From positions 1 through 32,478 of IMG/VR virus record IMGVR_UViG_3300014293_000002: a DNA stretch of 32,478 nucleotides; one strand, 5' to 3'. Each line of letters opens with the position of its first letter. The stretch's first letter is position 1. This DNA comes from a virus. A model generated the notes under the pieces. That model was given only the letters and a program-made list of their open reading frames with translations, made no database searches and had not been told where the DNA came from. Below are positions 22,952 to 30,151 of this stretch, piece by piece. The position numbers were made by a program, and so were the translations under genes.

Positions 22952-24719
22952 TAACGAAATAACGACGACCTTCTCGCTGTCAGACTTTGCAGACGGAACC
23001 GTATTCGAAGAGCTTGGATTACGCGACAGGACCGTTAGCGAGAGAGAGGTGCTACTCGTACAACTCAAGAGAGAGGCAAAGGAGCTAGGACTCGGAGCGA
23101 AAGCCTTTAATGCGATTGTATCGGACTACTTACGAGGTGAGGCGATATCGAGTGTAGGCTCAATTGCTGGATACGATATGCCGACTAGGTGGGTGCTCAC
23201 TAGCACAGGAGAAATACAGAAGACCACTATGGAGCTTGCATGCAGTCACCCTATATACATATCCAAGAGATTTATTGACTGCCTTACAGGTGAGATAAAA
23301 CTTGAAATAACCTACTCGAGAGACTCAGAACTAGAGCGACTACAATCGTTTATCGTTCCTAAATCGAGAATAACCTCATCGCAGAGCATTGTTGCCCTTG
23401 CGAATAAAGGTGTATCGGTATCGAGCACCAACGCAGCACTGTTAGTCAATTATCTACAGGATTTTGAGGATACCAATTACGACCAGATTGTTGAAATCAA
23501 GAGCATTAATCGGTTCGGTTGGATTGGCAACGACTTTTCACCGTATGTAGATGGCATTGAATTCGATGCAGATGATAATTACCCAGAGTTAGAGCAATGC
23601 GTAACGAGACCGAACGGAACTATAGAGGGTTGGAAAGAGATTGTTAAAGCTGTTAGAAAGTCCAACAAGATAGCACCTAAAGTCGCTCTAGCTGCCTCGT
23701 TCGCATCGGTTCTAATCGAGCCACTCGACGCACTACCATTCTTCGTCCATTTCTGGGGAGCATCTGGAGGCGGTAAGACTGTATCGCTAATGATAGCCGC
23801 ATCTGTTTGGGGAAAGCCCGACGTCGGATCATATATAAAGACGTTTAATTCGACCAAGGTTGCACAGGAAATCCTAGCATCAACCCTATATAGCATGCCT
23901 GTTATCTGCGACGAATTACAGATTAAAGCGGGAGCGAGTGACAACTTCGACGGATTGATTTACGAATTATGCGAAGGTTCCGGAAAAAGTCGCTCCAACA
24001 AACAACTCGGAATTCAAGCCTCTAGGAACTGGCGAAACTGCTTTATATCAAGTGGAGAGCAGCCGATTACAGGCGAGTTAAGTGGAGGCGGTGCAAAGAA
24101 CCGAGTATTTGAAATCGAGTGCCAAGACGACCTCTTCAACGACCCAATGAAAATAGTTGAGGCAGTCAAGTCGAACTACGGACACGCAGGGAGAGAATTC
24201 GTAGAGGCATTAGACAGTAAGACACGCAAAAAGATTAAGACCGCACAACAGTCTGTTTTTGCCGAATATAGCGAAAAGGGATTCACTGACAAACAAGCCC
24301 TTGCAGCATCGATAGTAGTTGTGGCAGAGGCATTCTACAGCACAATAATTCTTAACGAACCGCCGAGCTTTACAGCAGACGACCTCGAGCCTTACATCGC
24401 AACGCATGACGACGTGTCGCAAGACTTGAGGGCGGTTGAGTGGTTGAAAGGTTGGATAGTTAAAAACTGGAATAAATTTGACGAAGATGCACCAGAGATT
24501 TACGGAATTGCAAACACATTCGGTACAGTTGATATAGTTGCGCCCGTATTAAGAGAACATTGTCAGAAGGCAGGTATTAACTATAAAAAGTTGGTGTCAT
24601 ATCTAGACAGACTTAAAGTTCTGAAAACAAACGGAGGTAGAAAAGACCGCCGAGTAAGGATAGGAGCAACATCACCGTGTTGCATATCAATATTAAAATC
24701 CTTCTTAGGTGATGATTAA
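22944..24719 (+). CDS. Replicative helicase / initiator, DUF927-type P-loop NTPase
   Basis: 591 aa. Walker A is FWGASGGGKTVS and Walker B is VICDELQ. The surrounding sequence resembles the DUF927 (Cch-like) family. An iteron array lies immediately downstream. Confidence 0.8.
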   Translation: MNNNEITTTFSLSDFADGTVFEELGLRDRTVSEREVLLVQLKREAKELGLGAKAFNAIVSDYLRGEAISSVGSIAGYDMPTRWVLTSTGEIQKTTMELACSHPIYISKRFIDCLTGEIKLEITYSRDSELERLQSFIVPKSRITSSQSIVALANKGVSVSSTNAALLVNYLQDFEDTNYDQIVEIKSINRFGWIGNDFSPYVDGIEFDADDNYPELEQCVTRPNGTIEGWKEIVKAVRKSNKIAPKVALAASFASVLIEPLDALPFFVHFWGASGGGKTVSLMIAASVWGKPDVGSYIKTFNSTKVAQEILASTLYSMPVICDELQIKAGASDNFDGLIYELCEGSGKSRSNKQLGIQASRNWRNCFISSGEQPITGELSGGGAKNRVFEIECQDDLFNDPMKIVEAVKSNYGHAGREFVEALDSKTRKKIKTAQQSVFAEYSEKGFTDKQALAASIVVVAEAFYSTIILNEPPSFTADDLEPYIATHDDVSQDLRAVEWLKGWIVKNWNKFDEDAPEIYGIANTFGTVDIVAPVLREHCQKAGINYKKLVSYLDRLKVLKTNGGRKDRRVRIGATSPCCISILKSFLGDD

Positions 24720-25001
24720 CTTGTTCGCAATGTTCGCAAAATGTTCGCAAAAATAAAAAGACACTTGCGAACAGAATAAACGTTGATATTTCAATAGTTA
24801 TAGATAATAAATATATACTTGTTCGCAATGTTCGCAAAAATATTTACACACTTATAGGCGATACAAAAAAACGTTAAAAATATATACATATATAAGTGTG
24901 AGTAAAAAAGTTGCGAACAACTGCGAATTTGCGAACAGCCTTGATATTACTAGGCTACAGGCGAAAATAGACTGCGAACAGACTGTGAACAACTGCGAAC
25001 A
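24720..25001. repeat. Iteron-type replication origin: 12 full or near copies plus 1 partial copy of TGTTCGCAA / TTGCGAACA flanking an AT-rich core
   Basis: Forward copies are at 24722, 24731, 24742, 24820 and 24829. Reverse copies are at 24765, 24911, 24921 (partial), 24929, 24972, 24983 (one mismatch) and 24993. A 22-bp direct repeat cttgttcgcaatgttcgcaaaa is at 24720 and 24818. A 10-bp inverted repeat cacacttata/tataagtgtg (24847-24856 / 24891-24900) brackets the AT-rich segment. Confidence 0.7.
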
Positions 25002-25073
25002 AACTAGGCTTTATAACAAATTAGGTAGTGTGTTTTGTAATAAATGACAAAATATTGAAAAGGAGCAATAAAT

Positions 25074-25373
25074 ATGGATAAGATTGCGTGGCACAAAGAC
25101 ATGATTAAAGTAAACGAGTGGACTGATGCAATGATGGAGATATTTAAAGAGATAGACGAGCTAGAGATGAGAATATCAATTTGCACATCAGATAGAAAAA
25201 TAATCCTAGCTAATGCTTATAAGGTAAAACTAGAGGGCAAGCTTAAAACTCTTGAGTATTTCGAGAAAGCATTTAATGACAGAGGTTTTTATTTTGAACC
25301 GCCTATCGTTGATAGTTATAGGGAGCAAAATAGAGGATGGCTAGAGCCTATTAAGGAGGCGCAAAATGGCTAA
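25074..25373 (+). CDS. Hypothetical protein
   Basis: 99 aa. RBS aaaggag. Confidence 0.65.
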   Translation: MDKIAWHKDMIKVNEWTDAMMEIFKEIDELEMRISICTSDRKIILANAYKVKLEGKLKTLEYFEKAFNDRGFYFEPPIVDSYREQNRGWLEPIKEAQNG

Positions 25374-25605
25374 GTGGATATTAAGTGCAGAGTCCTACGG
25401 GGCATTTAGGGCTACGAAGGAATATATTCCCGTTCCAAACCCATACGGGGTAACAGTAATTACGGAGCGAGAGGCAATCAGAGTAATTAGCGGGTGTCGT
25501 TGGGCAACTAGAGGGCATTATGTGTATGTGAGAGACCACAAGTCGATTATGTTCGACACACTGCGCGAGGCTCAGCGATATGCAGAGCAGTTAGGAGGTA
25601 ATTAG
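25366..25605 (+). CDS. Hypothetical protein
   Basis: 79 aa. RBS aaggagg. It overlaps the previous stop. Confidence 0.65.
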   Translation: MAKWILSAESYGAFRATKEYIPVPNPYGVTVITEREAIRVISGCRWATRGHYVYVRDHKSIMFDTLREAQRYAEQLGGN

Positions 25606-25607
25606 AT

Positions 25608-26183
25608 ATGATCAACGACGAATTAAGGACAATAGCGAACTTCTACGGGAATGAGAATCAGTACGATAAGTTACAAGAGGAACTAGGAGAGCTGATAGAG
25701 GCGATTGATGAAGATAACCTCGAACATATTGCAGAGGAAATCGCAGACGTTGAGATTATGCTAGAGCAGATTAAGTATCTGAGTAACTTATACGAGATGG
25801 TTAAGTTACAGAAGGATTACAAAATCGTGCGACAACTTCAGAGGGTACATAAAGAGGCATCTGCGAAGGGCACAATACCATCTTACAGGGAAGCTGCTAA
25901 AGCAACACTAGAATTCCTAGAAGATAGGACACGGACTAAGGCTACTGCAGAAAAGCAGAAGGACGAGCGAGTTGATAAGCCTAGTCACTACATGCTAGAC
26001 GGGCTGAATGTGGAGTCAATCGATGTAATTAGAGCGGTGCTGGGCATTGAAGGATTTAAAAAGCATTGTAGGGGCTGTGCGCTAAAGTATCTACTGAGGG
26101 CAAATAAAAAGAATGGTTTAGAAGATTTAAAAAAAGCTAGAGTTTATCTAAACTGGGAGATTGATTATGGCTGTGATAACTAG
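25608..26183 (+). CDS. MazG-like NTP pyrophosphohydrolase fused to a DUF3310-like domain
   Basis: The N-terminus is ...LQEELGELIEAIDEDNLEHIAEEIADVEIMLEQI (MazG EExxE...E..D pattern). The C-terminus is KPSHYMLDGLNVESIDVIRAVLG...GCALKYLLRANKKNGLEDLKKARVYLNWEI (DUF3310-like). Confidence 0.7.
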   Translation: MINDELRTIANFYGNENQYDKLQEELGELIEAIDEDNLEHIAEEIADVEIMLEQIKYLSNLYEMVKLQKDYKIVRQLQRVHKEASAKGTIPSYREAAKATLEFLEDRTRTKATAEKQKDERVDKPSHYMLDGLNVESIDVIRAVLGIEGFKKHCRGCALKYLLRANKKNGLEDLKKARVYLNWEIDYGCDN

Positions 26184-26192
26184 GAGGTTTGT

Positions 26193-26582
26193 ATGAGAGA
26201 TTATCAACGAACAAAAAATAACAAATATGTTTTACCTCAAACTGTTTATTTACAAGCTATATATAAAATAAGGGATTATGATAGAATGGTATTAGAATTA
26301 GAGCGAGCACTAGAGTCTAGTCCAGAGCCTTCTGACGGAACGCCAAAAGGAACTGGAACAAGCAATCCCACAGAAAGGGCGGTCATAAAGCGGTCAAAGT
26401 ACCTTAATGATGTTGCGGTGATAGATAAGTGTTTTAATACCGTGCCTAATGAATATAAAAAAGGTGTGTGGAATAACATTGTGTTTCGCGAAAGGTTTCC
26501 GGATGATGCGGCGAGGAGTACCTATGGCAATTACAAAGCATTATTTGTTTTCGAGGTTGCGAAAGAGTTGTGTTTGATATAG
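26193..26582 (+). CDS. Putative late-gene transcriptional activator (RinA/ArpU-like)
   Basis: 129 aa at the position upstream of the packaging genes. There is a general resemblance (Y..Y..M..ELE.. Gly/Pro/Ser linker ..TERAVIKRSKYLNDVAVIDKCFNTVPNEYK). Recalled from memory only. Confidence 0.45.
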   Translation: MRDYQRTKNNKYVLPQTVYLQAIYKIRDYDRMVLELERALESSPEPSDGTPKGTGTSNPTERAVIKRSKYLNDVAVIDKCFNTVPNEYKKGVWNNIVFRERFPDDAARSTYGNYKALFVFEVAKELCLI

Positions 26583-26591
26583 GAGGATGAC

Positions 26592-27245
26592 ATGTCACAA
26601 TCAGAAATATATGCAAAACGTGATGGGATTGCGATTACTACAGAGATGAGAGGATATGGTGGGAGATATTGCGAACGCCCGGTATATTTAGTGCCTTGTC
26701 AAAAGTGCGGTACTAAGTTGCGAAAGGTTACGTATAATCCTAGCAAAGAATATTTATGTGATTACTGCAAGCTTGAAAAAAAGCGCAAAGAGGAGGCAAT
26801 AGAACAAGAAATTTGGGATTTGATAAAAACACCAAAAGAGCAAACCTTTGATAAAGCTGTTGCAAAACTTTATAAACAAGTTAAGAATTTTGATTCTTAT
26901 AAAGAGGCGATTGAAATTGCAAAGAAGAGAACTGAGCGATATGACAGTATACCAGAGGTATTGGTGGCGATTGAATTAATTAAACTTGGATATTCTATTA
27001 TTCCTCAACAGAAAGTTGGTCGATATAGAGTTGATTTTGCAATCCCGGCAGAGAAGTTGATTATCGAGGTTGACGGAGGTTTATATCACCCTAATGGGCC
27101 TAAAGCGGGCAGGGACGGAGATATACAGTTGAGTTTGGGACTAGATTGGAAAATTTTGCACATACCCGCTGATTGGATCTCAAATCACATAAAAATGCTA
27201 AAAAAAGTCATTATTGCAGGAATTTCGGACAACAGGGAAAAATAA
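26592..27245 (+). CDS. Zinc-ribbon plus Vsr/DUF559-like (PD-(D/E)xK fold) endonuclease-domain protein
   Basis: 217 aa. CQKC...CDYC lies in the N-terminal third. The C-terminus is GRYRVDFAIPAEKLIIEVDGGLYH...GRDGDIQLSLGLDWKILHIP. Confidence 0.6.
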   Translation: MSQSEIYAKRDGIAITTEMRGYGGRYCERPVYLVPCQKCGTKLRKVTYNPSKEYLCDYCKLEKKRKEEAIEQEIWDLIKTPKEQTFDKAVAKLYKQVKNFDSYKEAIEIAKKRTERYDSIPEVLVAIELIKLGYSIIPQQKVGRYRVDFAIPAEKLIIEVDGGLYHPNGPKAGRDGDIQLSLGLDWKILHIPADWISNHIKMLKKVIIAGISDNREK

Positions 27246-27369
27246 GTGTGATATTATATAGACTGAAAAGAGTATATGATATACTCAAACAAAGCTGGAG
27301 AGGGGGAGAATAGACTCCCGAGGCACTGCTTGAACAAATCCATTTAAAGTCAAACTTAATAAGGTGTTG

Positions 27370-27400
27370 CCCGATACCGTTTTGTGTCGGGTTTTCTTTT
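27370..27400 (+). terminator. Intrinsic terminator 125 nt after the endonuclease gene
   Basis: 8-bp stem cccgatac/gtgtcggg (one G-U pair) has a 6-nt loop and is followed by ttttctttt. Confidence 0.65.
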
Positions 27401-27481
27401 GTGATATAAAGTTCATCTATAGATTTTTATTGGTAAAATACACGTTTTGTATAGAGAATATCTATAGTTGGGCAGGAAGCG

Positions 27482-27510
27482 TTGAAAGATGCTTGGCTTT
27501 TAATATAGTA
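27482..27510 (+). promoter_or_regulatory. Sigma-70-like promoter for the two-gene cassette
   Basis: TTGAAA (27482-27487), a 17-nt spacer, then TATAGT (27505-27510). RBS aggagg (27523-27528) lies before ATG 27533. Confidence 0.5.
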
Positions 27511-27532
27511 TTTACATAAGACAGGAGGTTTT

Positions 27533-27853
27533 ATGTTAAATCCTATTAGCTTTAAAACAAGTCAGATAATTAAAGACCTATTAAGCAGAATCGAAGACAA
27601 ATACGACGTGGATGAACAATATAAAAAAGATAGGGCTGCTGAAATAGCTAAATCACTTTCTGATTATGATAAGTGGAAAGCGCACGGTAGACCTTTAAAT
27701 ATTCAGGTGTTGAGAGATTTGAAATTAGAGATTGAAGATTTTGGGGAAAATCCAGAAGTACAAGAATTAATATTAGAGTGTCACAATATTTGCGAGGATT
27801 ACATGAACCACAGTCAACTACCGGCATTTATATGCACGAGGGGGTCTTTATAA
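27533..27853 (+). CDS. Hypothetical acidic protein (cassette gene 1)
   Basis: 106 aa. Strong RBS. No family confidently recognised. Confidence 0.65.
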   Translation: MLNPISFKTSQIIKDLLSRIEDKYDVDEQYKKDRAAEIAKSLSDYDKWKAHGRPLNIQVLRDLKLEIEDFGENPEVQELILECHNICEDYMNHSQLPAFICTRGSL

Positions 27854-28020
27854 TGGGTAAAAGTATTGTTAAGAGAATTGAAGATGTTAAAGGCAGAAGC
27901 ACGAAATTCGACGCAAAGTTGTCGAGTGGTAAGCTGAAAGTTGTTGAAAAGAGGGGATTTAATGGACACAGTGTTACCGACCCCGTGTTCTGCAGCTATT
28001 GTGCAAACGGTTCAAGGTAA
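27853..28020 (+). CDS. Hypothetical basic 55-aa protein (cassette gene 2)
   Basis: MGKSIVKRIEDVKGRSTKFDAKLSSGKLKVVEKRGFNGHSVTDPVFCSYCANGSR. TAATG couples it to gene 1. Confidence 0.5.
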   Translation: MGKSIVKRIEDVKGRSTKFDAKLSSGKLKVVEKRGFNGHSVTDPVFCSYCANGSR

Positions 28021-28054
28021 CAATCAAATTAATCTTAATTCATAATACAAAGCA

Positions 28055-28078
28055 AAGAGTCCTTCGGGGCTCTTTTTT
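28055..28078 (+). terminator. Intrinsic terminator closing the cassette, 38 nt upstream of terS
   Basis: Stem aagagtcc/gggctctt has a ttcg tetraloop and a T-run. Confidence 0.7.
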
Positions 28079-28115
28079 AATACTTACAAAACGACGAAAG
28101 GGGTGTAGAGAGGCG

Positions 28116-28829
28116 TTGGCAGATGATAAACACAAGTTAGCCGAACAGGATTATGTGTCTGGCATGAAATATAAAGATATTGCCGATAAGTATGGAGTCA
28201 GCCTCAACACAGTTAAGTCGTGGAAGAAGAGATATAACTGGAACCGTAAAGGGTGCACACAAAAAAAGAAAAAGGGTGCACACAAAAATGCTATTGCGCA
28301 GCTTGGTAACAAGAACGCTACGGGACCGCCAGGCAACAAGAACGCCGAGAAGTACGGATTCTTTTCAAAGTACCTCCCAGAGGAAACACTTGATATCGTA
28401 CAGGCTGTTGAACGGGCTAATCCACTTGACCTATTGTGGCATCAGATACAGATTGCTTATGCGGCCATTATCAGAGCGCAGAGGATTGCGTATGTAAAAG
28501 ATAAGGACGACAAGACAGTTGAACGAGTCGAGGAGAGGGACAGCTCTGTTTGCGGAGAAAAGTGGGAAGTTCAACATGCTTGGGATAAGCAGAATAATTT
28601 CCTCAAGGCTCAAGCAAGGGCGCAAGGAGAGTTACGTAGCTTAATCAAGCAGTACGATGAGATGCTACACCGTGATTGGGATATGGCGACAGAAGAGCAG
28701 AAGTCACGCATAGATCTAATCAAGGCTCAGACTGCTAAAGCAAAAGGAGACGACGGTGCTGATAATTACCAAGACGATGGATTTATTGAAGCTCTCAAGG
28801 ATGAGGTTACGGATGTATGGGAAGATTAG
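28116..28829 (+). CDS. terS: Terminase small subunit (TTG start proposed)
   Basis: LADDKHKLAEQDYVSGMKYKDIADKYGVSLNTVKSWKKRYNWNRKG is a typical terS N-terminal HTH. The upstream ATG at 27999 would place a terminator hairpin inside the gene. TTG 28116 follows agagagg. Confidence 0.7.
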   Translation: MADDKHKLAEQDYVSGMKYKDIADKYGVSLNTVKSWKKRYNWNRKGCTQKKKKGAHKNAIAQLGNKNATGPPGNKNAEKYGFFSKYLPEETLDIVQAVERANPLDLLWHQIQIAYAAIIRAQRIAYVKDKDDKTVERVEERDSSVCGEKWEVQHAWDKQNNFLKAQARAQGELRSLIKQYDEMLHRDWDMATEEQKSRIDLIKAQTAKAKGDDGADNYQDDGFIEALKDEVTDVWED

Positions 28830-30151
28830 CGCAGGTTTTTAGATTTAAACCGTTTAGCCAGAAGCAAAAGCGGGTGCTTACGTGGTGGCTTCCAGAGTCA
28901 CCTGTGCAAGACAAGAACGGCATTATTGCAGACGGTGCTATCCGTTCGGGCAAGACTGTATCGATGGCGTTATCTTACGTCATGTGGTCGATGGAGACGT
29001 TTAGCGGCGAAAACTTCGGTATGGCTGGTAAGACTATCGGTGCATTTAGGCGTAACGTCCTAAAGCCACTCAAGTTGATGCTGTTCGCTAGGGGCTATAG
29101 GTTCAAGGACCATAGAGCTGACAACCTACTCGAGGTAAGTCGCAACGGTGTAACAAATTATTATTATATCTTCGGCGGTAAGGACGAACGCTCACAAGAC
29201 CTTGTACAGGGTATTACACTCGCAGGGTTCTTCTTCGATGAGGTTGCCCTTATGCCTGAGTCTTTTGTTAACCAGGCAACGGCTAGATGCTCGGTAGAGG
29301 GTTCTAAATGGTGGTTTAACTGCAACCCAGATAGACCTCGTCACTGGTTCAAGATTAATTGGATAGACAAAGCAGACGACAAAGAGCTTATATACATACA
29401 CTTCACGATGGACGACAATCTGTCGTTATCGGAGGCAATAAAGGAACGATACAGACGCCAATTCGTTGGTGTCTTTTTTAAGCGCTTTATTAAAGGGTTA
29501 TGGGTCGGAGCTGAAGGACTTGTACATCCACAGTTCGCAGATGATGCAGACAAGTACGCAATTAGCTACGACGAGCTTATTAAGAGCCAACACAAGCTAG
29601 TTCAGATATTTATTGGCATAGACATCGGCGGAACTAAGTCACATACACCTTTCGTCGCTACTGGGATAACGAAAGGTTTCGAAAAACAGATACGGCTATA
29701 TTACAAACGGATTGTGCACAGTAAAGGCACAGTTGATCCAGAGAAGATATATAACACTTTCGGAAAGTTTGTAAACGAGGTCCGGACTCTTTACCCAGGA
29801 GTGCCAATAACAGCCGCATTCGTTGACAATGCGGAGCAACTTATACTGAATGGACTTGCCTTATACAGTACGACTAACCGCATTGGTGTTAACGTGAAAG
29901 GCTGTCGCAAGACGGAGTTTAGTGACAGAGTGCTAGCATACAATGCTGTCATAAATACAGGACGTTTCATGTGGGTAAAGGACTTCTGCGAACCAATTGC
30001 AGATTCAATCAGTGAGATGGTGTATGACAGTAAGAGCAAAGACGAGAAGTTGCTCGATGACTTCTCAACTGACGTAGATACGTACGATGCTGACTTCTAT
30101 TCATGGAGTTACTTCATAAATTATTTTCATCCTATAGGAGGACGTAAGTGA
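28817..30151 (+). CDS. terL: Terminase large subunit (PBSX/Terminase_3-like)
   Basis: 444 aa. Walker A is DGAIRSGKTVS and Walker B-like is FFFDEV. It overlaps terS and the portal gene. Confidence 0.9.
   Translation: MGRLAQVFRFKPFSQKQKRVLTWWLPESPVQDKNGIIADGAIRSGKTVSMALSYVMWSMETFSGENFGMAGKTIGAFRRNVLKPLKLMLFARGYRFKDHRADNLLEVSRNGVTNYYYIFGGKDERSQDLVQGITLAGFFFDEVALMPESFVNQATARCSVEGSKWWFNCNPDRPRHWFKINWIDKADDKELIYIHFTMDDNLSLSEAIKERYRRQFVGVFFKRFIKGLWVGAEGLVHPQFADDADKYAISYDELIKSQHKLVQIFIGIDIGGTKSHTPFVATGITKGFEKQIRLYYKRIVHSKGTVDPEKIYNTFGKFVNEVRTLYPGVPITAAFVDNAEQLILNGLALYSTTNRIGVNVKGCRKTEFSDRVLAYNAVINTGRFMWVKDFCEPIADSISEMVYDSKSKDEKLLDDFSTDVDTYDADFYSWSYFINYFHPIGGRK

Noticed and set aside
24720-25001. Repeated 9-mers as a CRISPR array
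   Set aside because: The repeats are 9 bp, partly abutting, in both orientations, and irregularly spaced without unique spacers. That is iteron architecture, not CRISPR.
27533-27853. The C-terminal half of the 106-aa cassette protein (AEIAKSLSDYDKWKAHGRPLNIQVLRDLKLEIEDF) vaguely recalled the C-terminal end of SDH-family Clp-fold serine proteases, which would imply a gene remnant
   Set aside because: This is only a loose recollection of a sequence pattern and cannot be verified without a profile search. It is left as a hypothetical protein.
27999-28115. ATG 27999 as the terS start
   Set aside because: It would overlap the previous gene and place the terminator hairpin and T-run (28055-28078) inside the coding region. 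The extension (MCKRFKVTIKLILIHNTKQRVLRGSFLILTKRRKG) also looks non-coding.
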